This document shows, piece after piece, positions 20,519 to 31,203 of a DNA stretch of 55,060 nt. The translations under genes were made by a program, and so were the position numbers. The stretch is from the NCBI GenBank assembly GCA_001687465.1, contig LVLI01000061.1:1-55060 (forward strand), given 5' to 3'. Within the stretch, counting starts at the first letter, position 1, and each line of letters starts with the position of its first letter. Below the pieces are notes generated by a model. The model was given only the letters and a program-made list of their open reading frames with translations, made no database searches and was not told the DNA's origin. This stretch comes from Halocafeteria seosinensis. Lineage: Eukaryota.

Positions 20519-23500
20519 TTAAGATGAACTACTGTCGTACGAAGAGTGACTTCCAGGGTTTTGCCTTGACTGAAGGTTGGTTCCCCCCGCATGTTTCTTC
20601 CCGGCAGCGCCTTTGTACAAGGACGTGTTCAGCGCACGTAGGTTCTTCGAGGCCTTTATGTGTGTAGTGCTAGCGGGGCTTGACTTGTACTGCGGTAACG
20701 TGGGGGAGAACTCTTTCTTCGAACTACGGAAGGAATGACTTTGAATGAGAGTATTTCTTGCCTGCAACGACAACTGATTCCTGCTACTACTCGTTGTTGA
20801 CGCGGAACATTCATCGACACTTGCCGAGGAAGGAGTCTCCCGTGTATGCTCTTCCGTTTTTGTTTCGACCTCAACGAGTGGGGGTGGTTCTGCAAACAAC
20901 TTTGCTTTCCAAACCCGCAGCTTTAATTTGGCCTGGTCCAGCCTGGGAACGTTGCTAGAATCAACGGCGCTCGCCAATGCAACTTGTAAAGAAGGCTGTT
21001 TTTCGCTCGACTTTTCCCTGGAGCGAAGTTCGGGTGCTTTTGCGGACACTAATTGCAATTTGCTTGAGGAACCAGCTTGTTTACTTTGAGGGTCCACGAA
21101 CGTAATCGTGGGGGCAACGTCACTGGATTCACCTTGGTGTTGAGGGATAGCCAAGAAAGAAACATGTTGCACCAGCTTTTCTTTCGCCTCTACGCTCTGC
21201 ACAGGTGAAGTATGGAAAGATGGATTCGTTCGGGTAACCAACGGATTCACGTGAGCCAGGTCGACGCCAGTCGTAGCAGTGGAATGTGAGGAATCACCAT
21301 TCGAGGCAAAATATCCACTTGGTTTCAATTGTTGTACGGCAGTTCCAAGCTGTGCAGCAAAAAGATCTTCATAGCCTCTCTGAGATCGGATGAAGCGTTT
21401 GTTACGCCTCCGTATGTATAATACAACCAGTAGAAACACAACGACAACAACAGCAAGAAATGGTCCTAGTAGTTCGACTGCCTCCTGTTCCATAGTGGGT
21501 TTTGGTGATTCCGCTGCTTGGGACGATTCATCGTCGGCAATGGTGGCTAAAGGAGAGGGTGTTCCCGGCTTTGACGGACTCAGCGCAAAAGTAGCACTCA
21601 ATGAAATTGTTGATGAAGACGACATGGAAGGGGAGGTTGTCGTCGATATTGTTGGTGATCCCGTCGTTGTTGAGGTGTGAGAAGCAGTCGGAGAGCTGGA
21701 AGGGCTAATCGAAACCGATGGACTTCGTGTATATGAGGGGCTCCCTGTAGCACTGGTTGAACTGGAAACCGTACGACTAGGGCTTGTTGTAACACTTGTA
21801 CTTCCACTCAAAGAGGGTGAAGGCGTGCCGGTCTCGGTGGATGAGCCGGTGTAACTGGGTGTTATCGAGGAGGATACAGAAGCACTGTTCGAAGGAGACG
21901 GTGTTTGACTTCCTGTTTCCGACGACGACGAAGTCTGTGTAGATGTTGACGTGGGGGAATTTGTCGGAACAAAACACGCACTCTCTTCTGTAGCCCCATT
22001 CACGCTAACTTCTCCTGCAGGACAAGAACGACATTCCGTTCCTCCCATGCTATACTTTCCAGCTTCGCATACTGTGCAGTCATCCTTGGTTTCGGAACCC
22101 CGTTCCGTACTCTGCCCTGCAGGACAATCTTTACACCGAGTACCTCCGCTACCATATTTACCCGGTTGGCAGCTCGTACAATCATCTTCGTTTTCGGATT
22201 CCTCGTCACTACTCTTTCCTGGAGGGCAATCTTTACAAACACTTCCTTCAGAACTATATTTTCCGGCGTCGCACACTGTACAGTTGTTTTCGCTCACAGA
22301 TTCTTCATCACTACTCTTCCCAGCAGGACAATCTTTGCAAACACTTCCTCCAAAACTATATTTTCCGGCGTTGCACACTGTACAGTCATTTTCGCTCACA
22401 GATTCTTCATCACTACTCTTCCCAGCAGGACAATTTTCGCAAACACTTCCTCCAGAACTATATTTTCCGGCGTCGCACACTGTACAGTCATTTTCGCTCA
22501 CAGATTCTTCATCACTACTCTTCCCAGCAGGACAATCTTCGCAAACACTTCCTTCAGAACTATATTTTCCGGCGTCGCACACTGTACAGTCATTTTGGCT
22601 CTCGGATTCTTCATCACTACTCTTTCCAGCAGGACAATCTTTACAAACACTTCCTCCAAAACTATATTTTCCGGCGTCGCAAATCGTACAGTCATTTTCG
22701 CTCACAGATTCTTCATCACTGCTCTTCCCAGCAGGACAATCGTTGCAAACACTTCCTCCAGGACCATACTTCCCAGCGGCGCACACCGTACAGTCATTTT
22801 CGCTCACAGATTCTTCATCACTACTCTTCCCAGCAGGACAATTTTCGCAAACACTTCCTTCAGAACTATATTTTCCGGCGTCGCACACTGTACAGTCATT
22901 TTCGCTCACAGATTTTTCATCACTACTCTTCCCAGCAGGGCAATCTTTGCAAACACTTCCTCCAGAACTATATTTTCCGGCGTTGCACACTGTACAGTCA
23001 TTTTCGCTCACAGATTCTTCATCACTACTCTTCCCAGCAGGACAATTTTCGCAAACACTTCCTCCAGAACTATATTTTCCGGCGTCGCAAATCGTACAGT
23101 CATTTTCGCTCACAGATTCTTCATCACTGCTCTTCCCAGCAGGACAATTTTTGCAAACACTTCCTCCAGAACTATATTTTCCGGCGTCGCACACTGTACA
23201 GTCATTTTCGCTCACAGATTCTTCATCACTACTCTTCCCAGCAGGACAATTTTCGCAAACACTTCCTTCAGAACTATATTTTCCGGCGTCGCACACTGTA
23301 CAGTCATTTTCGCTCACAGATTCTTCATCACTACTCTTCCCAGCAGGACAATCTTTGCAAACACTTCCTCCAAAACTATATTTTCCGGCGTCGCAAATCG
23401 TACAGTCATTTTCGCTCACAGATTCTTCATCACTGCTCTTCCCAGCAGGACAATTTTTGCAAACACTTCCTCCAGGACCATATTTCCCAGCGTCACACAC

Positions 23501-24490
23501 TGTACAGTCATTTTCGCTCACAGATTCTTCATCACTACTCTTCCCAGCAGGACAATCTTTGCAAACACTTCCTTCAGAACTATATTTTCCGGCGTCGCAC
23601 ACTGTACAGTCATTTTGGCTTTCGGATTCTTCATCACTACTCTTCCCCGCAGGACAATTTTTGCAAACACTTCCTCCAGGACCATACTTCCCAGCGTCGC
23701 ACACCGTACAGCCGTTTTCGCTGGTTGATCCTTTGCCACTGCTTTTTCCGGGAGCACAATCAACACATTGTTCTCCATCACTGCTAAATGTTCCTTCTTG
23801 GCAGTTGGCACACTTGTCTTGTTGCTCGTCGAATTCTTGTCCAGAAGAGCAACTTATCTCGTAACGGACACTGCAAATACGCATGTACATATTGGTATTC
23901 CGATACCAATCGTTAGAATGAATGTCGGCCCAGGCCAGTTTCTTGATGGGTTTCTGAGGTCCTTTTAGGGTTCCACTGTATTCCTCAATCTCATGACTAT
24001 CGTCCACACGGATAAGTGTAGCCGTGAAAGTGCTTACACCCCAGTTGATGTCGACCTTGATACGAAGCCATTGCTTGTAATCGATAGTGCTGCCGGTTTT
24101 CCAGTCCAGACCACTGCCATCGTCCACCATGAACTGTGGATTAGTCGTGCCGAATCCCAATTCCAGTTCATCATCTTCGTTGACGAGCCTGATTCCGCCG
24201 CCATGACTTGAAGACCATTCATAGTAAAAGAAGGAGAAAGACTTCATTTTTTGTGGGAAAGGTAAGGTGTGCGTTGCGACATCCTTATTGACGGAGCCAG
24301 CTTGAATTTCCAAGCTCTTGCTCGCTCCATTATCGCAGGTAACATCCTTCCATTCAACACTGCTATGGTGAATGTCCCATTCATTAGTATTTTCGAATGT
24401 CAAATGCCTGGTATATCCATCAGTGCACCGGAATAAGATGCTGCCCGTATACATAGAGAAGACAAAGAGCAGCATACACCTGTGCGACAT
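20519..24490 (-). CDS. Cys-rich type I membrane surface protein, copy 3 (18 repeats)
   Basis: Signal peptide MSHRCMLLFVFSMY; head like copy 2; 18 Cys units, 15 of them near-identical; stalk, TM and tail near-identical to copy 1. Confidence 0.88.
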   Translation of the reverse strand: MSHRCMLLFVFSMYTGSILFRCTDGYTRHLTFENTNEWDIHHSSVEWKDVTCDNGASKSLEIQAGSVNKDVATHTLPFPQKMKSFSFFYYEWSSSHGGGIRLVNEDDELELGFGTTNPQFMVDDGSGLDWKTGSTIDYKQWLRIKVDINWGVSTFTATLIRVDDSHEIEEYSGTLKGPQKPIKKLAWADIHSNDWYRNTNMYMRICSVRYEISCSSGQEFDEQQDKCANCQEGTFSSDGEQCVDCAPGKSSGKGSTSENGCTVCDAGKYGPGGSVCKNCPAGKSSDEESESQNDCTVCDAGKYSSEGSVCKDCPAGKSSDEESVSENDCTVCDAGKYGPGGSVCKNCPAGKSSDEESVSENDCTICDAGKYSFGGSVCKDCPAGKSSDEESVSENDCTVCDAGKYSSEGSVCENCPAGKSSDEESVSENDCTVCDAGKYSSGGSVCKNCPAGKSSDEESVSENDCTICDAGKYSSGGSVCENCPAGKSSDEESVSENDCTVCNAGKYSSGGSVCKDCPAGKSSDEKSVSENDCTVCDAGKYSSEGSVCENCPAGKSSDEESVSENDCTVCAAGKYGPGGSVCNDCPAGKSSDEESVSENDCTICDAGKYSFGGSVCKDCPAGKSSDEESESQNDCTVCDAGKYSSEGSVCEDCPAGKSSDEESVSENDCTVCDAGKYSSGGSVCENCPAGKSSDEESVSENDCTVCNAGKYSFGGSVCKDCPAGKSSDEESVSENNCTVCDAGKYSSEGSVCKDCPPGKSSDEESENEDDCTSCQPGKYGSGGTRCKDCPAGQSTERGSETKDDCTVCEAGKYSMGGTECRSCPAGEVSVNGATEESACFVPTNSPTSTSTQTSSSSETGSQTPSPSNSASVSSSITPSYTGSSTETGTPSPSLSGSTSVTTSPSRTVSSSTSATGSPSYTRSPSVSISPSSSPTASHTSTTTGSPTISTTTSPSMSSSSTISLSATFALSPSKPGTPSPLATIADDESSQAAESPKPTMEQEAVELLGPFLAVVVVVFLLVVLYIRRRNKRFIRSQRGYEDLFAAQLGTAVQQLKPSGYFASNGDSSHSTATTGVDLAHVNPLVTRTNPSFHTSPVQSVEAKEKLVQHVSFLAIPQHQGESSDVAPTITFVDPQSKQAGSSSKLQLVSAKAPELRSREKSSEKQPSLQVALASAVDSSNVPRLDQAKLKLRVWKAKLFAEPPPLVEVETKTEEHTRETPSSASVDECSASTTSSSRNQLSLQARNTLIQSHSFRSSKKEFSPTLPQYKSSPASTTHIKASKNLRALNTSLYKGAAGKKHAGGTNLQSRQNPGSHSSYDSSSS
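21977..23812 (-). repeat. Coding tandem array, 102-bp (34-aa) unit, about 18 copies
   Basis: Consensus CTVCDAGKYSSGGSVCKDCPAGKSSDEESVSEND; the 102-bp period is visible in the DNA. Confidence 0.95.
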
Positions 24491-24849
24491 CTCACTAGCC
24501 GTTCTCACAACCGAGCACACGACGACCACATGCCACAGGTGGCGATACGTATCACCCACGAAATACACTTTATTCAGAGGTACATCGACAAGAGTTCAGT
24601 ACACTTTTCTGTAAGGGAAACTACTTGTATCAAGGGTAAACGGTGGTATCCTGCTCACCACCGTAGAACACGGCCCACGTTGGATGTACGGCGGAAACCG
24701 CGAGCAGAACACGCAGTACTACGCCTTCAAGAGTCAAATTGCGCGTCAGATATCACGAACACACAAGAAGTCCCCGGAATTCATGACAAACGAGAGGATC
24801 GACAAAGTAGGCATTCAAGCGCAGGCTCTGGGAGATGGCACTAGCGGGG

Positions 24850-26320
24850 CTAGTACTAGTAGCGGACGCCTGGGTCCGACGGGGATGTACGGTAAACCTT
24901 CCGGTCCCAGGTTTCCCGGCTCCCGAGCTTATTTCTGGTTGGAACCGGGAATAATGGGGAACCCTATATAACTATTAGTATAAAAGGTTTTGTGCATCAA
25001 AAAGACTGTCATAGTTATCATAAAAAATTAAATAATTCTGAAACAGCTGTTGACACCGTCTCGTCGCAATTCTAGCCAAGGGCAACTTCGCAGTCACCAG
25101 CCAGCTGGAATTCTCTGAAAACTGGAACCAAGCCAAGGGGCGTTGAAATAGCAATAATAAAAACCATCGTGCATATCGGCTTGGCAGTTATCAAGAATGT
25201 AACCTCAACGATACAGATCTGCTGACGTGTGGGCGCGGCTTGGCATTTACCACACTCCTCGTGGAGCGGTACGTCACCAATGATGCCAACGCAGAAGCAG
25301 TATGGAGATCGAAGGGAAGTTGCCTTTTCCGAAAGGTTACGACAAGCGGGTGAGCAGAGTTACTGGCTTCTGGTAAGGAATACTGTTTATCCACGAGGAC
25401 TATTACGAGCTGTTTCAATGGATCCTAAGGATATCTGTGCTGTCCTTCACGAAACATTGAAAAACTCCCGAGAACAGGAAAGGGGGACGATAGGCCCCTC
25501 CATTCAGCAAACGTTAGTGGCAAAGTAACCCAAAGGTTGTTCACGAGCCAACGACAAAAGGCTCCTCGGTATAAGACCATGGATAATCCTGGTACCCATT
25601 CAGGTGTACATGTGACAACATTGACGGAGGATATTGAATTTGTGCATGCTGAAACCTTTAACAGTGGAGATATCGTTTGCGTACCGGTATGGCCAGACAG
25701 TCGGCGCTATTCATTCTGACTGGCTAGAATACTGAGTCCAGTGTTTACCGCTGAGTCGAAATCAGAGTCGATCAACGAGACTATACTGTAGATGCCCTTG
25801 AAGGTTAGGACCAGAGTAGCAGCTTGTATGATGGCCAAGAAATATTCGTCTGGCAAGCTCCTGAACATGTCGATCTACCGCTTAGCTCGATGGTCTGTCG
25901 GGCCGTCAAGATTGGATTCCTGATTTTGACATTGTATGTTGCTGGATTTACGTCGTAGTTCTAGGACCTTCACTCCTAGATTTTTGGATTCTGATTCTAA
26001 TATTGTGTAGTATTGAACGGCATTTAGGCTGAATGCCGGGTAGGTTTGAGCCTGCCAACTCGACACACACACACACACACACACACAAATGTGACAGATA
26101 GCCCACCGGCCGGGAAGTTGACCACATCCTCTTAACGAGGAGCGGTAAGCGCCCGTGTTAAGCAGCGACGGGCCCGCTGTTCCTCGACAGTTCCGCTTCC
26201 GAGGTCATGAGAAGCACGATGCAACTGAACTTAGCTCCGCCAAGAGCACCAAGGCGCATCGTGGGCAACGCTGAAGGGTTACAACCATTCATCCCTCGTT
26301 TACTTTTTAGTGAAATACAT
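24850..26320. mobile_element. Decayed insertion between surface-gene copy 3 and truncated copy 4
   Basis: Stop-ridden ORF fragments (e.g. GDIVCVPVWPDSRRYSF*LARIL), a terminus-like CGGGGATGTACGG followed by GGTCCC/GGTTTCCC/GGCTCCC motifs at about 24880-24950, and a (CA)n-linked motif shared with the hAT debris at 52419. Confidence 0.35.
26078..26113 (+). repeat. (CA)n-anchored dispersed motif shared with 52419-52454
   Basis: CACACACACAAATG(T/C)GACAGATAGCCCACC(G/C)GCCGG, 34/36 identical between the two sites. Confidence 0.85.
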
Positions 26321-26324
26321 ACTG

Positions 26325-26560
26325 TGTGAAAGGTAATATATGTGTTGCGACATCCTCTTCGACGCCGAGATTGTCTGGATTCTACAGCTCTTGCTTGTTC
26401 CATTGTCACAAGTAGCATTCTTCCATTCAACACGGTTATGGTGGATGTCCCATTCATTTTCATTTTCGAAAGTCAAGTGCCTGGTATATCTATCGGCGCA
26501 TCGAAATAAGGCGCTGCTAGTACATATATAGAGGACAAAGAACAATGAAATAATAGGCTG
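26325..26560 (-). pseudogene. Truncated fourth copy of the Cys-rich surface gene (signal peptide and start of head)
   Basis: LFFVLYICTSSALFRCADRYTRHLTFENENEWDIHHNRVEWKNATCDNGTSKS matches copies 2/3, then frameshifts; homology ends at about 26325. Confidence 0.85.
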
Positions 26561-26817
26561 CACCTTTGGTACATGTTCTGTGTCTGTTCGTGGTATTCTT
26601 AGTACATGATAGTCTGATACTCCGGCATCCAGACGAAAATACAGGGGATGAAGCGGAAAAAGAATCACGAAACTTGACACTCCCAAAATCAAGACGTGTA
26701 TTAGCCTGTTCATCCATAACACAAATTGTCTCGGAGGAGTTGCCCACTACCGACATCAGGCCATTGTGGAGCATTGCGATCGCTTGCATGCTGTACAGCA
26801 AGAGCAAAACACAATAA

Positions 26818-28190
26818 CTAGTGTGTCACAGAGTTGGGGTCCCAGCAAGTTCTGGTGCCGTCTTCGAGGGCTTTGACGGCATCGACTTCCTGGGATGTCA
26901 GCTCGAAGTCGAAAATCTGCATGATACATTAAAATCCAAAGGATATCATCCAACAAATACATACATATTCTAAGGTCAGATGATCAAGACAGCATAGCGT
27001 ACATTCGCGTTTTCTTCAATTCTCTCGGCTTTGACGGATTTAGGGATGATGATGCAACCTTCTTGGAGACACCATCGAAGTGAAATCTGCACATAATAAT
27101 GCACGAGTAAGAACTAGTCCTAAAACCTCGTTTGACAAGTGTATGAGCCCCTACCTGTGCTACTGTTTTGCTGTACTTCTTCGCCAATTCCTTCATTTTG
27201 TCGTTGTTCACCAAGTTCTTATGGGCACGAGCTAGAGGAGCATACGCCTCAATGCGAATGCCGTTTTCTTTGCATTTATCTACTGTTTCCCGCTGCTGAA
27301 GTAGTGGATGAAACTCTGCATTTTCCAAAGTCCATCATCGTCTGTAGCTAGAAGACTGTACCAAGAAGCGTAATACTCTCTCCTACCGATCTGATTCACG
27401 GACGGCTTCACGGTAAGATCAGGATGGTTTAGCAAATGATCTAAGTGCCACGTAAGAAAGTTGCTCACTCCAATGGATTTAGCCTTGCCCTCTTTGAGCA
27501 ACTTTTGAAGAGCTCTCCAAGATCCCATCCTGATCTCTGGAGTCTGTGGATCATCTGGGTCGCGGTTCGCTGCATATGTGGGTGCTCAGCTTGGTTCCAT
27601 AAGCTATGAACTCTCTTTTACCGAAGAGTGCACTCACCTGCACCTGGCCAATGGATGAGATAAAGATCCACATAGGATGTGCTCAGGCGCTGGAGGGACT
27701 TTTCACAAGCAGCGTAAGCTGCTTCCTCGCCTTGCTCCCGTGGGCTCAATTTCGTTGTAATAAAAATGTCTGCACACTTTCATACGCTCGTCATTCAACT
27801 CATTGCATTGTATAGCTTTTCACTAGGGGCGCACGTACCCTCTCGGGGGACTCCGGAATCTTTAATAGCCTTGGCCACTTCCTCCTCATTCTTGTAGACT
27901 GGATGAGTCAAGTTCAAAAATGGCGCAATTCCAAGGATACAGCCGAATACAGCCACCACTGTGCACCTACCTGCTGCGGTATCGATGTGACGATACCCGT
28001 ACTGAAGGGCCTTGAGCACGGCATTGTAGCAATCGTCTCCGGCAGCTAAATACGTGCCTAACCCGAAAACAGGGATATTCGTCACACTTCCTGCCGCCGG
28101 GGAGGCATTGTCGCCGGCGCTCGTTGTAGAAAGTGACGGTTGGTTTGATAGCGGAACTGTCGAGGTCATAGAATACGTAGACGACGCCAT
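26818..28190 (-). CDS. Aldo-keto reductase, 7 exons
   Basis: [80 protein letters not shown] tetrad intact; six GT-AG introns keep the frame. Confidence 0.93.
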
Positions 28191-28275
28191 TTTTACGTGC
28201 CTTTTGTTTTGTAGTGTATAGAATTAGCAACAACAATCCATCCTTCATGGAATACACCTGGTGGGATCGCACGGG

Positions 28276-30808
28276 ATGGGACGAGCATCACATAAGTCAA
28301 TACACCTCGGATTACGATTCCTCTTGCTGGTAACGGTACTCTTGGCGGGAAGAGGGCAAAGAGCTCAAGCGGTAGCGGCAGGCGAAACGCCCAATGCGGT
28401 GGAATTCGATGATCCTCTCAGTGGAGAACCGTCTAAAGTAAAGGGATCTCCTGCTGTTCGACCTGGGCTCGGTTTGCCCTCTCTTTCTGCCACACCGGAA
28501 GTCATTGACAACGAGGAGTCAGAGGATAGTAACTCGGGATACTATTACAATGTTACTCTACGATGGACTGGCGCACAGCCAGAAGATCTCATTGGGATTT
28601 ACTATTACCAGCATGCTCCACGTGGAACCTCGCTAGACCCCGCGCGAGGTGACCTCGTCGAGGAATCGGGCGATCGTTTCCAGTTGACTGGACCGTATGG
28701 TGTATTCCAGACTCGGCATCGAGTTGGAGAATCCGAAACAAATGCCATTGTCAACGCTCGCGTCCCAGTTCGTTTTCAATTGATTCACCCTGCGGAGAGC
28801 TCGAGTCGGTCTAGGTACTCATGTAAGGATACAGGAGAGCTTGATTGTACTTCAGAATCGGATTTCGATCTTGTCGATCGAGCACATCGAGGTATTGTAA
28901 TCGCTGTAAGCAAAGTGGTCCGGTTCAAGAATCCGAATGCGCCGCATCATGTACATTTGAGCTTGGGACAAGAACCCGACGAAATGCGAGTTATGTGGAC
29001 TTCTAAGGAAGTTGGCGAGAAGCCGCCGCAGGTATGTTTACCTTGTTAAGAGGAGCGCGATTTTCCCCTGCTATATTTATCACTAAATATCCAGGTACGC
29101 GTCGGAACTGAAGCCGGAGACTGGAATGTCGGCACCTTCGAGGGTACTTCGTATACCTACAGGAGAGACACCCTTTGTGGACACCCCGCAACTAATAGTG
29201 GCAACTTCTTCGAGCCAGGAATCTTCGACGATGTAAAACATATACTAGGCTATTCCTTGCCTCGAGTGTCATTCATCGTACATGCTGACTGCAGGTACTG
29301 ATCAGAGGGCTAGTTGCCTCCACACACTACTACTACCAAGTGCATAATGGAGGCACGACATCCAAGTGGTCGAGGACACACGAATTCGTGAGCGCTCCGA
29401 GCCACACGAGTTCCGAAACAGTTGAAGGTGTCGTATTTGGGGACTTGGGGTTGCATGTTCCTTTCACAACAACGTTCCTCTCAAGATGGGCCAACTTTGG
29501 TAACTATGGCCCGGCAAAGTTGACAATGGATTTCATTGTAGGTTCCTCTTCTACAGTCGAATACTCTTGGTAGCAGGTTGTCATGCTATGCGGATTGCAG
29601 AGAAATCGTCTACGTTCTGCACGGGATCGGCCGTTACATATTCTTCATATAGGTGATATATCGTACTCGCGTGGATTCTCGCTGTTGTGGGAATACTTTA
29701 TGAGTCAGATATCAGCCGTAGCAACACATGCTCCTTACATGGTTGGCATTGGAGTACGTTCTTTTAATTTGTTTCACGATCGGTAGCCGTGAGTCTTTCA
29801 TCATAGTGCTTGCTTTGCAGAATCATGAATATGACTGGAAGGGTCAGCCGTTTCAACCCACATGGGCCAAGTTCGGACATGATAGTGGAGGCGAAGTAGG
29901 TTTCCCCTTCTCTCGCCCAGACTATGGACTTGAGTGTTACCATGAATGGTTTCCTATCGCAGTGTGGTGTTCCTTATTTTAAGAGATTCCATATGCCAGG
30001 TGCTTCTAACGACTCCGTCCGAAATCTCTACTACTCGTTTGATTGGGGCCCGCTTCATTACGTCATTATGAGCACGGAACATGACTTTCGGGAAGGATCT
30101 GAACAATACGAATGGATAGAGGTGGGATATAGAACTCGAGAATTAGTGTATGGGTTTTACATGAAGCATTTTATTTCCAATAGTCGATGCTGCAGAAGGA
30201 CTTATCTCTGGTGGATCGAGACAAGACACCATTCATCATCTTCGGAGGCCACCGACCGATGTATACCAGTTCTAACGTCCACGGTATGTTGTTGTGCGCT
30301 TGCACACAAGCCCCGGAAGCTATCACTAGTACACTGAACTTTGCAGGGATAGAAGAGTACATGCAGGAATGCCTAGAGCCGCTCTTCCAACGGTATTACG
30401 TTGACTTGGCATTATGGGGACATATACACATGTATGAACGCACCCATCCTCTTTCCTACAACGGAACCCGATCGAGTTCAGGAGAGCATGGCACAATTCA
30501 CGTGGTCATAGGTAAGATGGTGTCTTGGTAACTGTTACCTGGGCTTTGGTTAAAGCCATCACCACTGCAATGCAGGAAACGCTGGACACGAATTTCAAGT
30601 ACCTTGGAAACCCAGGAACATTGAGAAGGAAGAAGATCGGCCTGTCTGGGTAGCATCCAGATCTCACGAGTTTGGTATAGGAAGCATAAGGGCTTCTACC
30701 TCCAAGCTCCGTTTTACGAGTTTTCTAGGACCAGATACAGATGAAGTCTTAGATGAGTTCTCGATATACTCGAGCGACCAAGTCTTTCGGAAAGAATATC
30801 ATTTATAG
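28276..30808 (+). CDS. Secreted purple acid phosphatase (metallophosphoesterase), 9 exons
   Basis: Signal peptide; PHHVHLSL; metal motifs GDLG, HIGDISY, GIG/NHEYD, GHRPMY, WGHIHMYER; eight GT-AG introns. Confidence 0.92.
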
Positions 30809-31203
30809 ACAAGAATATTCTTCGAGTCAACTACAGTGGATGGTAGGTCTGCAGACATTGGCAACGACCACACACCTTCCGCATTGGAATCCGCAAGCAA
30901 CACGGACGAGTTGGCCGAAAGGCTACATTTATGAGAGGCAGAACTCGAGTAGCTCGCTAAGGTTGGTCTCTTGAGGGATAAAATGAACAAACTTCTTTGG
31001 AAAAATGTTCTCGTATACCGTCTATTACCACACTTTCTCCCCGACTTAATTCGTTGGAACTTCCAGAGTCGTCCTGAACCCAATTCATACAATCTTTTCT
31101 TGGACCTACTCATCTATCATCCCAGGCTCATCAAAGAGGAGCCATGGTGGATGATTTCTCGCGAAATTGAAGACACCACAAATGCAGTATCACTTGAAGC
31201 GCA

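Noticed and set aside
21977..23812. CRISPR-like regular array
   Set aside because: Contiguous coding repeats with no unique spacers, no cas genes and a eukaryotic context.
21951..23864. Long plus-strand ORFs (637 and 520 aa; also 15767-16926 and 18371-19028)
   Set aside because: Antisense shadows: a stop-free 102-bp unit repeated in tandem keeps the other frames open.
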